From contig JACCTH010000021.1 in the NCBI GenBank assembly GCA_013812505.1, positions 24,104 to 88,103 on the forward strand: a DNA stretch of 64,000 bases. The letters are read 5' to 3'. This stretch comes from Acidimicrobiia bacterium. GTDB taxonomy: Bacteria; Actinomycetota; Acidimicrobiia; Spongiisociales; ZC4RG35. Position 1 is the stretch's first letter, and each line of letters opens with the position of its first letter. This document shows, piece after piece, positions 40,113-50,165 of the stretch. The notes beneath the pieces were generated by a model. The model made no database searches. It was not told the origin of the DNA and saw nothing but the letters and a program-made list of their open reading frames with translations. The position numbers and the translations under genes were made by a program.

Positions 40113-40153
40113 CGAGGGTGGAGGGTAGGGGTCGCCGCCCTTAGGGTGTCCCT

Positions 40154-41581
40154 GTGCCGGCCCGCTACATCCGCCTCGGTTCCGTGGTCAATTCGGCCAT
40201 TGCCTCCGCGCTCGACGATCTACGGGAAGCCCTCGAGATCGAAACCGACTTCCCACCGGCCGTTATCGAAGCGGCTGAGGCCGCGGCTTTGAGTCCTCGC
40301 CTGCCCGAAGTGGACCGGACCGACATTCCCTTTTGCACGATCGACCCACCCGAGTCGATGGATCTCGACCAGGCCCTCTATCTCGAGCGCCAGGACGACG
40401 ACGGCTACCGCGTCGTCTACGCCATCGCCGACGTCGCTGCCTTCGTAAAGGCCGACGGGCCGATCGACCTCGAAGCTCGCAGGCGGGGGCAGACGCTCTA
40501 TGGCCCCGACCAGAACGCCCGCTTGCACCCACCGCGGATCTCGGAGGATGCCGCGAGCTTGCTCCCGAATGAGGTCCGACCGGCGCTGCTCTGGGACATG
40601 ACCCTCCTCGCCGACGGGGAGGGGACCGAGGTTGCTGTCAGCAGGGGACTCGTGCGCAGCCGGGAGAAGCTGAGCTACCAAGCGGCCCAGAAACGGATCG
40701 ACGATGGCACCGCTTCGGAGTCGCTGAATTTGCTGAGGGAGGTGGGCAAGCTGCGGCAGGAGCGAGAAGCGCGTCTGGGGGGCATCAACCTCCCGCTTCC
40801 AGAGCAGGTCGTCGAGAAGGATTCGCATGGGTATCACCTCGAGCTCCGAGCGCCTCTCCCGGTCGAAGGCTGGAACGCCCAGATCTCGTTGATGGCTGGC
40901 CAAGCCGCCGCCGAGGTGATGCTGAAGGCCGAGGTGGGCGTGCTTCGAACTCTCCCGCGCGCCGGCCCGAAGAAGATTCAGCGGGTTCGCCTCATCGCCA
41001 AAGCCCTCGGCGTGAAGTGGGAGCGAACGACTTCATTCTCCGAGCTGGTGAGACAGCTCGACCCCACCGTGCCGGCCGAAGCAGCCCTGCTCAATTGCGC
41101 CGCCTCGCTCCTGCGGGGCTCGGGCTATGCAGTCTTCGATGACGAGGTGCCCACCAATGCCGGTCACGCCGGTGTGGGCGCCGAATACGCCCACACCACC
41201 GCACCGCTTCGCCGTTTGGTCGACCGTTATGTCGGCGAGGTCTGTGTGGCTTCCTCGCTCGGGTTGACGGTCCCGGATTGGGCCCATCGCGGTCTTCCTG
41301 AGCTACCCGAGATCATGGAGCGTACGACCCGCAAAGCCCAGCAATACGAGGCCGGGATCATCAGCACGCTGGAGGCGGCTGTGCTCGAACGACATCTAGG
41401 CCAGGTCTTTGACGCCGCGGTTGTCGAGCTGACCGAGACCGGAGGGGTGATCCAACTGGTGGATCCACCGGTGACCGCCCATTGCCGTGGGACTGACTTG
41501 CCGCTGGGGAAGGTCATCGGGGCGAAGCTGGTCTCGGCCGACATCGCCGCGCGCCAGGTCGGCTTCGTCGCCGCTTCCTGA
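40154..41581 (+). CDS. RNB-domain exoribonuclease (RNase II/R family)
   Basis: TIDPPESMDLDQAL, YAIADVA, HTTAPLRRLVD. Confidence 0.92.
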   Translation: MPARYIRLGSVVNSAIASALDDLREALEIETDFPPAVIEAAEAAALSPRLPEVDRTDIPFCTIDPPESMDLDQALYLERQDDDGYRVVYAIADVAAFVKADGPIDLEARRRGQTLYGPDQNARLHPPRISEDAASLLPNEVRPALLWDMTLLADGEGTEVAVSRGLVRSREKLSYQAAQKRIDDGTASESLNLLREVGKLRQEREARLGGINLPLPEQVVEKDSHGYHLELRAPLPVEGWNAQISLMAGQAAAEVMLKAEVGVLRTLPRAGPKKIQRVRLIAKALGVKWERTTSFSELVRQLDPTVPAEAALLNCAASLLRGSGYAVFDDEVPTNAGHAGVGAEYAHTTAPLRRLVDRYVGEVCVASSLGLTVPDWAHRGLPELPEIMERTTRKAQQYEAGIISTLEAAVLERHLGQVFDAAVVELTETGGVIQLVDPPVTAHCRGTDLPLGKVIGAKLVSADIAARQVGFVAAS

Positions 41582-41624
41582 GCCCAGGAACCGATCGGGG
41601 GGCGGCCGGAGTCCAACCGGCATC

Positions 41625-42047
41625 ATGAAACACCTATCAAAACTTGTGCGCGCCCTTTTCGTCCTTGCTGCTTGCGGGGGGACGTCCAGCCCGTCTACGA
41701 CGGCCGCCTCCGGCGATGACGGGTTGGCAAATCCCAACAACGGCGAGATGGCAATTCCCACCGGCGACGCCGTCAACCCGCAGCCGATCACCGAGGCCAC
41801 GGTGGTCAGCACCGACGGCAACGAAGTGCGCTTCGCGGTCTGGATGGGCCTCGAGCCCTGCGATGTCATCGACCGGGTTGAGGTCACTGAGACCGATGCC
41901 AGTGTCGACGTCGAGATCTTCCGCGGAACCGGCGACATCGCTGCCACCTGTGTGGCGATTGCCGTCGAACGGATCGTCGTGGCGGAGTTGGACGCCCCGC
42001 TTGGCGCCCGTGTCCTCATCCTTTCTGGAGTCGAACTCGCCGCCTGA
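41625..42047 (+). CDS. Small lipoprotein
   Basis: MKHLSKLVRALFVLAAC lipobox; GLEPC...ATCVAIA...LDAPLGAR. Confidence 0.75.
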   Translation: MKHLSKLVRALFVLAACGGTSSPSTTAASGDDGLANPNNGEMAIPTGDAVNPQPITEATVVSTDGNEVRFAVWMGLEPCDVIDRVEVTETDASVDVEIFRGTGDIAATCVAIAVERIVVAELDAPLGARVLILSGVELAA

Positions 42048-42066
42048 CCATCGGGCGTTTTCATCA

Positions 42067-42097
42067 GCTAGACCGGCACTTTTAGTGCCGGTCTAGC
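42067..42097. terminator. Perfect 14-bp stem hairpin between convergent genes
   Basis: GCTAGACCGGCACT-TTT-AGTGCCGGTCTAGC. Confidence 0.7.
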
Positions 42098-42118
42098 CGC
42101 GTAGAACGCCAGCGCGGG

Positions 42119-42763
42119 CTACAAGACGTTGGTTTCGGTTCGCCCGCGGCGTCCCAGATAGCCGTGCCAGAGGAGGCGGGCTGCCACCGCGCGATGGGGC
42201 TTCCAACGATTGCCGATGTCTTCGAGCTCCAACGGATTAGGAATGGCATCGAGGGATAGGGCTTCGGTGACCGCGACCTGCAGGGCCCGGTCGCCGATCG
42301 GCCAAATGTCGGGACGGCCTAGGCAAGCAAGGAGATAGACGTCGGCGGTCCAGCGTCCGATCCCCGGAATCGCCGTAAGCTCGCGCCGGACTTCGTCGTC
42401 ATCCTTTTGCGCAAGCCCTTCGAGTGGAAGACGGTGGTCGATGATCGCCCGAGCGAGCTCGCGGAGATAGCGATCCTTTTGCCGGGAGACTCCGTCGGCC
42501 CGCAGTTCCGCGGGCGAGGCCTCCAACAAGCGTTCCGGTTCCATCTCGCCGAGACGGTCCCGAATTCGGTGGTATGCCGCCGCGGCGGACGCCAACGACA
42601 CCTGCTGTTCAAGGATGAAAAGAACGAGACTCTGAAATCCGGCGGGGCGCTGCCAGAACGCGGGAAGCCCGAACTCTTTGACGATCCGTGCCAATGCCGG
42701 GTCCTGTTTGGCGAGGAGCCGGGCCGCACGGGCGAACCGTGCAGCGTCCAAGGACGAGCTCAT
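42119..42763 (-). CDS. DNA-3-methyladenine glycosylase II (AlkA/HhH-GPD family)
   Basis: ILEQQVSLASA, LTAIPGIGRWTA (HhH), DIWPIGD, WKPHR. Confidence 0.92.
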   Translation of the reverse strand: MSSSLDAARFARAARLLAKQDPALARIVKEFGLPAFWQRPAGFQSLVLFILEQQVSLASAAAAYHRIRDRLGEMEPERLLEASPAELRADGVSRQKDRYLRELARAIIDHRLPLEGLAQKDDDEVRRELTAIPGIGRWTADVYLLACLGRPDIWPIGDRALQVAVTEALSLDAIPNPLELEDIGNRWKPHRAVAARLLWHGYLGRRGRTETNVL

Positions 42764-43326
42764 TTTGTCGCGAAGCGCACAATCGGTCGCCCGCCGCGTC
42801 GAGCAACCTCCCGGAATCCGGCCTCCTCGAACATGGCCAGAGTCCCCGTGTACAGGCTGGCGCTGGTCGGGGAGGCGAGGCGCGAGGTGTCGATCGGGTA
42901 AGCCTCGATCACCTGGGCGCCATTACTGGCGGCGTAGTCGACTGCCGCCAATAGGAGTTCCTTGGCAACCCCCTGCTTCCGATGATGGCGGTCGATATAG
43001 AAGCAAGTGATCGACCACACCGGCTGGTCGTCGACCGGCCTCAACTTGGGCGACCGGTCGAGGCGCGGGTACTCGCTACGAGGAGCGACTGCTATCCAGC
43101 CGATGGGCTCGTTCCCCTCAAAGGCGAGGAGCCCCGGCTCTTCCCCGTGGTCGACGAGCGTCTTCAATTCCTGTCGATTGCCCTTGCCGTGGCCTTCCTC
43201 CCACTCCCGGCTGGTGACCCGCCACCACATACACCAGCAGCCGCTGTAAAAGCCGCAGTCACCTGCCAGCCGCTCGACGTCCTTCCATCGATTTGGGCTT
43301 GCTGCCTCGATTCGAAAGTCAGGCAG
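42760..43326 (-). CDS. GNAT acetyltransferase (N-terminus extends to CTG 43326)
   Basis: In-frame upstream PDFRIEAASPNRWKDVERL..GCWCMWWR; PIGWIAVAPR, WSITCFYI, EAYP, YTGT..MF..AGF. Confidence 0.85.
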   Translation of the reverse strand: MPDFRIEAASPNRWKDVERLAGDCGFYSGCWCMWWRVTSREWEEGHGKGNRQELKTLVDHGEEPGLLAFEGNEPIGWIAVAPRSEYPRLDRSPKLRPVDDQPVWSITCFYIDRHHRKQGVAKELLLAAVDYAASNGAQVIEAYPIDTSRLASPTSASLYTGTLAMFEEAGFREVARRGGRPIVRFATK

Positions 43327-43358
43327 AATCGTTCACTTCGGATGAGAGAGGAGGCTAG

Positions 43359-44729
43359 GTGAGCGATCGCAGTGAGTTGTTTCGCAGGGCGGCGGAGATC
43401 GCGGCCGCTTTTCGAGCGTCCGCGGCCGACCGCCCGGTTGGGCGTAGCCCGGACCTCCAGGGCTTGCGAGCCGGCTTGCATGTCGAGCTCCCCGAACGAC
43501 GCTCAGAACCGGTCGAGGTGCTTGAGGCGCTTGCCAAGGCTGCCGACCCTGGACTGGTCGCGACGGTCGGACCGCGCTATTTCGGCTTCGTCGTTGGTGG
43601 TGCGCTCGACGCGGCGACCGCGGCCGACATGGTCGCCGCGGGGTGGGATCAGAACGGCTTCAGTCCGGCGCTGTCACCGGCGGCGATGGTGGCCGAGGAA
43701 GCGGCGGGGACCTGGCTCAAGGAGCTGCTCGGGCTCCCTGCCACCGCGTCGGTCGGATTCGCCACTGGCACCCAGCAGGCCAACACGATTCTCCTCGCTG
43801 CCGCACGGCAACAGGTTCTCGCTGATAGGCGCTGGGATGTCGGAGAGAATGGTCTGCGGGGAGCGCCGCCGGTGCGCGTTCTAGCCGGGACCGAGAGGCA
43901 CGCGACCATCGACCGCTCTCTGCGACTTCTTGGCATCGGCACGACCGCGGTCGAGGAAGTACCCACCGACGGCAACGGGGCGGTGCAAGAAGCCGAGATG
44001 CTCGAGCGTCTGCGCTCGAACCCATCGGTAGCGACAATCGTCTGCCTGCAGGCAGGCAACGTCAACACCGGTGCCATCGACCCCATGCGCCGAATCTGCG
44101 AGGCAGCCAAAGCTGCGAAGACCTGGGTCCACGTCGACGGGGCTTTCGGGCTCTGGGCCGGCGCGAGCCCGCAACTCAAGCATCTCGTCGACGGCGTCGA
44201 GCTGGCCGATTCCTGGTCCTGCGACGGGCACAAGTGGTTGAACGTTCCTTACGACTCGGGCTATGCCTTTTGCGCTCATCCTCAGATTCACAGCAACGCG
44301 GTGGGCTACAACGCCGCCTACCTGGTCGGCGCCGGTGGGGCAACCCTGGGCGATCTCGTGCTCGACTCGTCACGGCGTGCCCGCGGGTTCTCCACCTGGG
44401 CCGCTATCCAAGAGCTCGGCCGCTTCGGCATTGCAGACATGATCGAGCGGTCGTGCGCTTTGGCCCGCCGGTTCGCTGCAACCCTGGGCGAGGGTGGGGC
44501 GGAAATTCACAACGAAGTGGTGCTCAATCAGGTGCTGGTTGGGTTTGGGAGTGACGCAAGGACCGAGGCCGTCATCAAGGGCGTGCAGGAGGAGGGCACC
44601 TGCTGGCTGGGGGGCACTACCTGGAGAGGGAAACGGCTCATCCGCATTTCGGTCTCGAATTGGTCGACCACCGAAGAGGATGTCGATCGCTCCGCGTCAG
44701 CGATCCTCCAAGTCGCTCGTACGCTCTGA
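43359..44729 (+). CDS. PLP-dependent decarboxylase (group II)
   Basis: PRYFGFV, AGNVNTGA, WVHVDGAFG, DGHKWLNVPY. Confidence 0.92.
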   Translation: MSDRSELFRRAAEIAAAFRASAADRPVGRSPDLQGLRAGLHVELPERRSEPVEVLEALAKAADPGLVATVGPRYFGFVVGGALDAATAADMVAAGWDQNGFSPALSPAAMVAEEAAGTWLKELLGLPATASVGFATGTQQANTILLAAARQQVLADRRWDVGENGLRGAPPVRVLAGTERHATIDRSLRLLGIGTTAVEEVPTDGNGAVQEAEMLERLRSNPSVATIVCLQAGNVNTGAIDPMRRICEAAKAAKTWVHVDGAFGLWAGASPQLKHLVDGVELADSWSCDGHKWLNVPYDSGYAFCAHPQIHSNAVGYNAAYLVGAGGATLGDLVLDSSRRARGFSTWAAIQELGRFGIADMIERSCALARRFAATLGEGGAEIHNEVVLNQVLVGFGSDARTEAVIKGVQEEGTCWLGGTTWRGKRLIRISVSNWSTTEEDVDRSASAILQVARTL

Positions 44730-44732
44730 CCC

Positions 44733-45524
44733 GTGCCTGAGGGAGATACGGTTCTCGTCGCCGCCCGACGTCTCCACGAGGCCCTGGCCGGCAAGGCCAT
44801 CAGGCGAAGCGACCTACGGATGCCAAGGATCGCAACCGCGGACCTTTCCGGGCAGACGGTCCTGGGGGTTGCCGCCCGCGGAAAACACATCTTGCTCCGA
44901 ACCGACGCCGGCCTCACCCTCCACACACATTTCACGATGGATGGGACATGGCACCTGTATCAACCGGGCGAGAAGTGGCGCGGTCCCGGCTTTCAGGTTC
45001 GGGCGGTGATCGAAACCACCGACGTCGTGGCGGTGGGCTTTCGACTGGGGATCTGCGAACTGATCCGCACCGCCGACGAAACGCAGCGACTCCGGCATCT
45101 GGGGCCGGACGTACTGGGCGGCGACTGGGATCGAAACGAGGCAATCCGAAGACTCGGCACCCATCCCGAGCGCGAGGCCGGAACCATGCTGATCGATCAA
45201 CGAGTGATGGCCGGGCCCGGCAACATCTACAAGTCGGAGGTCTGTTTCCTCGAAAGGCTCAATCCCTGGACTGCCTTGGGTGACGTGGCCGATCCCACGC
45301 GCCTCGTCGACCGGATGAAAGAGTTGATGGAGGCGAATCGGGAGGCCGGCCGGCAGATAACCACCGGCGACTCGCGGCCTGGTCATGAGCGTTGGGTGGC
45401 CGGTCGATGGCGTCTGGCCTGCCGTCGGTGTGGTTCCCAAATCCGCAAGGCGGACCAGGCAAGTTACGACTTCGAGCGCGTCACCTACTGGTGCCCGACG
45501 TGTCAGCCAGCGCCCCCGGCTTGA
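44733..45524 (+). CDS. nei: Fpg/Nei-family DNA glycosylase (endonuclease VIII-like)
   Basis: MPEGD, RGKH, HLGPD, DQRVMAGPGNIYKSE (H2TH), CRRCG...CPTCQ zinc finger. Confidence 0.9.
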   Translation: MPEGDTVLVAARRLHEALAGKAIRRSDLRMPRIATADLSGQTVLGVAARGKHILLRTDAGLTLHTHFTMDGTWHLYQPGEKWRGPGFQVRAVIETTDVVAVGFRLGICELIRTADETQRLRHLGPDVLGGDWDRNEAIRRLGTHPEREAGTMLIDQRVMAGPGNIYKSEVCFLERLNPWTALGDVADPTRLVDRMKELMEANREAGRQITTGDSRPGHERWVAGRWRLACRRCGSQIRKADQASYDFERVTYWCPTCQPAPPA

Positions 45525-46092
45525 GCCCAAGCTCGAACTCGGCGTAGCCGAGGATCCATTCGGTGACGGTGGCGCGGGCGATCGTCGAGCGATGGGCGAC
45601 GACTTGGAGCGAAAGCCCATCGAGCATCGAAAGAATCCGCCAGGCGGTGGCGTCGGGGTCGTCGCACTCGAAATCGCCGTTCTTGATCGTGGTCGCCAAG
45701 AGCTGCTGCCAAACGACGTTGAGCCGCTCCGAGGTGGCGCGTAAGGCGGGGCGACGGCTTGCCTCCGCCCACGCATCGAGCCAAAGCTGAAAGGCCCACT
45801 CGTTGTCAGCGATCGAATAGACGGCGAAGAACGCCCGCAGCCGACCAAGGGCAGTTTCTTCTGCGTGCATTGCTTGCTCGACTGCTTCGTAGTCCTCGCC
45901 CGCGGCCCGATCGAACGCGGCCGCCAGGACGTCGTCCATCGAGTCGAAGTAGTGGTGGATCAGCCCACTAGACGTTCCCATCTCGGCGGCGATGTCGCGC
46001 ACGGTCGTCGCCCCGAGTCCCTTCCGTATGGCCACTGAGAGCGCAGCGGAGACAATCGCCGCGCGACGCTCGCCGGGAGTCATCCGGGCCAC
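45481..46092 (-). CDS. TetR-family regulator (BetI-type C-terminus)
   Basis: TTVRDIAAEMGTSSGLIHHYF; WLDAW; LDGL. Confidence 0.9.
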   Translation of the reverse strand: MARMTPGERRAAIVSAALSVAIRKGLGATTVRDIAAEMGTSSGLIHHYFDSMDDVLAAAFDRAAGEDYEAVEQAMHAEETALGRLRAFFAVYSIADNEWAFQLWLDAWAEASRRPALRATSERLNVVWQQLLATTIKNGDFECDDPDATAWRILSMLDGLSLQVVAHRSTIARATVTEWILGYAEFELGLKPGALADTSGTSR

Positions 46093-46095
46093 GAT

Positions 46096-47268
46096 TCAGC
46101 CGACGATTCCCGTGCCCCGTTTGCGCAGCTGGTCAGCAATGATCGCCCGCTGCACCTCCGAGGCGCCTTCCCAAATCCGATCGACCCGCAACTCGCGCCA
46201 GAATCGCTCAGCAACATTCTCGCGCATGTATCCCCGACCTCCGAACACCTGCACTGCCCGGTCCGCGACGCGGTTAGCCATCTCCGAGGCGGTGAGCTTG
46301 GCCATCGAGGCATGGGCGTGGAGCAGCTTGACATCGGCTTTGTTGTCGACCTCATCGGCAGTCTGATAAGTCATCAGACGGGCACCCCAGAGCTCGGTGA
46401 GCGAGTCGGCCAGCATGAACGCGATCGCCTGATAATCGGCCAGCTTCTTCTCGCCAATAATCCTCTGCTCAGCGAAAGCAGTCATCTCGTCGATAAGGCG
46501 CTCGGCGGCTCCGCAGCAGCGGGCTGCGATCATCAGCCGTTCGAACCGGAACCACTCCCGGGCAAATGACATGCCGTCGCCTTCGGCTCCGATCAGGTTT
46601 GCGACCGGCACGCGCACGTCCTCGAAGGCCATCTCCCAGTGATGGTGGGCGTAGGTGTGGGTGTAGGCCGGAGTGCGAACGTGGCGGATCCCGGGAGTGT
46701 CCATGTCGACGAAGAAAAAGGCGTGTTCCCCCGCTCGGGGCCCCTCGGTCAGCACGCCTTGGAAGAACAAATAGTTGGCGAGGTTCGCCGACGTGACGTG
46801 CCATTTGACACCGTTGAGGACGTAGTGATCGCCGTCGCGGCGGGCTGTCGCCGTCAGCGCGGCGACATCGGAACCGGCATGCTCCTCGGTTATCGCATAG
46901 GCCTCGGTCAGCTCTCCGGCGATGGTCGGCATCACCCACCGCTCCATCTGAAAGGAAGTGGCCACCTCGGGGAGCCACGAAGGGGGAGTCGAGATGACCC
47001 AGCTCAACGCGTTGGTCACCCGGCCGGCCTGTTCCATGATCAGCACCTGCTGGCGTGTGGTGTATCCCGGTCCGCCGAGCTCGAGCGGCTGGTTGATCGC
47101 CAAGAACCCGAGCTCGCGGACGAGCTTCTCGTGCCGCGCTTGTACGTCGTCAGGGATCTCACCCTGGTTCATCTCGGCGTGGACCTCCCACGGGATCAGT
47201 TCCTCGTCGACGAACTGCCGTGCCCGAAGTTGGATTTCTCGATCAGCGGCCGAGAACTGGTAGCTCAA
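46096..47268 (-). CDS. Acyl-CoA dehydrogenase (TTG start at 47268)
   Basis: YAITEEHAGSD, LNGVKWHVT, AVQVFGGRGY, RIWEGASEVQR. Confidence 0.93.
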   Translation of the reverse strand: MSYQFSAADREIQLRARQFVDEELIPWEVHAEMNQGEIPDDVQARHEKLVRELGFLAINQPLELGGPGYTTRQQVLIMEQAGRVTNALSWVISTPPSWLPEVATSFQMERWVMPTIAGELTEAYAITEEHAGSDVAALTATARRDGDHYVLNGVKWHVTSANLANYLFFQGVLTEGPRAGEHAFFFVDMDTPGIRHVRTPAYTHTYAHHHWEMAFEDVRVPVANLIGAEGDGMSFAREWFRFERLMIAARCCGAAERLIDEMTAFAEQRIIGEKKLADYQAIAFMLADSLTELWGARLMTYQTADEVDNKADVKLLHAHASMAKLTASEMANRVADRAVQVFGGRGYMRENVAERFWRELRVDRIWEGASEVQRAIIADQLRKRGTGIVG

Positions 47269-48875
47269 ATGGCGCTGGCCCCGTTGGCCCGGTCCTTCAA
47301 GATCTGCTGGCTGGCGAGCTTGCCAGGAGCGCCCATCACGCAGCCTCCGGGATGGGTGCCGGAGCCGCACTGGTAGTAGCCGTCGATCGGGGTCCGGTAC
47401 TGATTCCAGCCCGGGGCCGGTCGGAAAAAGAACATCTGCGGGGCTAGGAACTCGCCGGCGAAGATGTTTCCTTCCGTCAAGCCGACGACTCGTTCGATGT
47501 CGAGCGGGGTCACCACCTCGCGGTGGAGGACCAGGTCGGAAAAGCCAGGGAAGAAGCCGTCGAGGGTGCGCTGGACGGTGTCACCCAGGTTCTGGCGTTC
47601 TGAATCCCAATCCGACTCCCGCAGGTGATACGACGCGTATTGGATGAAACAACTCATAACGTGCTTGCCGGGTGGCGCCATGTCGGGATCGATAGTCGAC
47701 TGGATGGCACAGTCGATATAGGGGCGGCTCGAGTACCAGCCGTACTTGGCTTCGTCATAGGCCCGCTCGAGGTAGTCCATCGACGGACCGATGTTGGTGA
47801 ACCCGCGGTACTGGTCGCCGCGGTCGCCAAGGGTTGGGAACCGGGGCAGGCCGTCGAGGGCGAAATTGACTTTGGCTGACGTGCCCTGGAAGCGGAAGCG
47901 CTCGATGTTCTCGACGAGATCGGAAGGAAGCTCGCGGGGGTCGACCAGCTGGAGGAAGGTACGCCGAGGGTCGAGGGCGCTTACCACGACATCGGCTGCG
48001 ATCTCTGTGCCGTCCTCGAGGGCAACCCCAGTCGCCTTGCCGTTGACGGTCATCACGGTGGTGACCGGGCTTTCGAGAATGATCTCGGCTCCGAAGGCCT
48101 GCGCGGCGCGAGCTAGCACCTGGGTGAATCCGCCGTTGCCGCCTTTGTGAAAGGCCCACGAGCCGAACACGCCATCGTGCTCACCGATGTTGTGATAAAG
48201 CAGCACCAATCCCGAGCCCTGCGATCGCGGCCCGACCTTGGTGCCGATGATCGACGACGAAGCCAGATATCCCTTCAGCAGCTCCGACTCGAAGTAGTCG
48301 TCGAGGAAATCGGCGGCGCTCCCGGTCAGCAGGCGAACCGCGTTGTGGAGCACTCGCGGTTCGAGGTCGCGCATTTGCTGGGCGAGGGCCGCCATCGCCA
48401 CGAGCTCTTCGGGGTCTTTCGAGAAAAGGTTGGGGGGGACGTTGTCGAGCAACGGCTTCATTGCCTGACATACCCGCGAGATGTCGTGCTCGTACTGGTC
48501 GTAGGCATCGGCGTCTTTCTTCGAAAGCCTCGACACTTCCTTTACGTTGAGGTCGTGGTCCTGGCCAAGCAGCAGGTAGTCGCCGTCCTCGCCGGGAGCA
48601 AAACTCGACGGCATCAAGAGCGGCATGAAACCGTGCTTGGTCAGCTCGAGCTCATGGATGATGTCGGGACGGAGCAGGCTCAGGGCATAGGAGAAAGTGG
48701 TGAACCAGAACCCAGGCTTGAGCTCCTCGGTGATGGCCGCCCCTCCCACCAGATGCCGACGTTCGACGATCAGCGTGCTGAGACCGGCTTTGGCGAGATA
48801 GGCCCCGTTGACCAGGCCGTTGTGACCGCCACCGACCACGATCGCGTCGTATTTCCTTTGGCTCGGTTGGCTCAT
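47265..48875 (-). CDS. Phytoene-dehydrogenase-like FAD oxidoreductase (PYROXD2-like)
   Basis: GGGHNGL, ERRHLVGGA, STIDPDMAPPGKH, TPLDIE, GNIF, CGSGTHPGG. Confidence 0.9.
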   Translation of the reverse strand: MSQPSQRKYDAIVVGGGHNGLVNGAYLAKAGLSTLIVERRHLVGGAAITEELKPGFWFTTFSYALSLLRPDIIHELELTKHGFMPLLMPSSFAPGEDGDYLLLGQDHDLNVKEVSRLSKKDADAYDQYEHDISRVCQAMKPLLDNVPPNLFSKDPEELVAMAALAQQMRDLEPRVLHNAVRLLTGSAADFLDDYFESELLKGYLASSSIIGTKVGPRSQGSGLVLLYHNIGEHDGVFGSWAFHKGGNGGFTQVLARAAQAFGAEIILESPVTTVMTVNGKATGVALEDGTEIAADVVVSALDPRRTFLQLVDPRELPSDLVENIERFRFQGTSAKVNFALDGLPRFPTLGDRGDQYRGFTNIGPSMDYLERAYDEAKYGWYSSRPYIDCAIQSTIDPDMAPPGKHVMSCFIQYASYHLRESDWDSERQNLGDTVQRTLDGFFPGFSDLVLHREVVTPLDIERVVGLTEGNIFAGEFLAPQMFFFRPAPGWNQYRTPIDGYYQCGSGTHPGGCVMGAPGKLASQQILKDRANGASAI

Positions 48876-50071
48876 CAAGCAGTCTTCCTCTGGGGGTTGT
48901 AGAGCGGGAGCCGCACCACCTCGGCGCCGACCCGTTCGTAGCGGTGATTGACGGTGACTTCGAGATCGACTCGGTTTCCGGGTTTCGCCAGTTCGGGCTT
49001 CACCCGGGCGATGGCTATGTGCCTTTGCAGGACCGGTGAGTACATGAAGCTCGTTGCGTAGCCGACTCGCTGGTAGTCGGCGTCATAGAGCATGAACTCC
49101 TCCGCCACCGGGACATGGTCCTTGGGGGGAACGAGCCCGGCGTTGTTGTACATCTGGTCATAGTCGAGCCAGTCGACCACCAGCCCGACGAGCTTCCAAC
49201 GCGAAGTCTGCTCGGCGAGCTCGTTGCGGATCGCCTTGCGGCCGATGAACGGACGGTCATCGTCGAGGTCGCGCAGCATCCATCCCAGGCCCAGCTCGAT
49301 CGGAGTTGACCGGTGTTCGTCGTTCCAGGCGAAACGGCTCGATTCGAAATCGGCGTCGAGGAGAAGCAGGCCGGCCTCGATACGCGCCATCAACAGGGCG
49401 ATCTGGCCGAAGGGAAGGATGCCGTGGCCCTCGCCGGCATCCATGATGCGGTCCCACACCGAGAGCGCATCCGCCGAATCGACCCACACCTCATACCCGA
49501 GATCACCCGTGAAGCCAGTTCGCGAGATGGTGACGGCGGCATCGCCGATCTTGGAGTCGACGACGTGGAAGTAGCGGATCGTTTCCATTTCTGGGGCGAG
49601 CGCGGCGATTACCTGACGGGAGCGAGGGCCCTGCACGGCCAGGGTGCCGAGCTGCTCGGTCACCTCTTCGATCTCGACTCGGCTGTAACCGATCAGGTTC
49701 TGGAAGTAGGAGAGGTTGGGTCGGGCAGAGGTGAGTAGAAACTGGTCGCCGGCGAGGCGAAGCACAACGCCGTCTTCGATCACGTAGCCGCTGTCGTCGC
49801 ACCAGATTGTGTAGTGGGCCTGGCCGGGAAGGCATTTTTGGATGTTGCGAGCGAGGACGCCGCTCAGGAACTTCTCAGCGTCGGTCCCGGTGATTCGATA
49901 CTTATAGAGAGGAGTGGAGTCAAAGACGCCGACCGCGTTACGGATGGCGAAGTACTCGAACTTCTCGGCCATCTGATACTTCTCGGCCACGAGGTATCCG
50001 GCCCAGTGGCTCCAAAGTCCGGTCTCGTTGGCTGACTGCACCCGGGGATGGAACGGGGTGGTCCGGAACAT
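48875..50071 (-). CDS. GcvT-family folate-binding aminomethyltransferase/demethylase
   Basis: MFRTTPFHPR, EYFAIRNAVGVFD, QGPRSR, SRTGFTGDLGYE, RIEAG, LPLYNP. Confidence 0.92.
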   Translation of the reverse strand: MFRTTPFHPRVQSANETGLWSHWAGYLVAEKYQMAEKFEYFAIRNAVGVFDSTPLYKYRITGTDAEKFLSGVLARNIQKCLPGQAHYTIWCDDSGYVIEDGVVLRLAGDQFLLTSARPNLSYFQNLIGYSRVEIEEVTEQLGTLAVQGPRSRQVIAALAPEMETIRYFHVVDSKIGDAAVTISRTGFTGDLGYEVWVDSADALSVWDRIMDAGEGHGILPFGQIALLMARIEAGLLLLDADFESSRFAWNDEHRSTPIELGLGWMLRDLDDDRPFIGRKAIRNELAEQTSRWKLVGLVVDWLDYDQMYNNAGLVPPKDHVPVAEEFMLYDADYQRVGYATSFMYSPVLQRHIAIARVKPELAKPGNRVDLEVTVNHRYERVGAEVVRLPLYNPQRKTA

Positions 50072-50113
50072 CGCCGCTACCCTAGCCCGTGTTGGACAAG
50101 TGCGCAACGGCCG

Positions 50114-50165
50114 TTTCTCCCCCCGGAGGGGGAAGTACCCGAGAGCAGCGAGGGGGTAGGGGGCG
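50114..50165. repeat. REP-like palindromic intergenic element (TCCCCC-CGGA-GGGGGA type)
   Basis: TTCTCCCCCCGGAGGGGGAAGTACCCGAGAGCAGCGAGGGGGTAGGGGG. Confidence 0.55.

Noticed and set aside
45481-45524. 44-nt 3' overlap of convergent nei and TetR
   Set aside because: Common in compact high-GC genomes; both proteins look complete.
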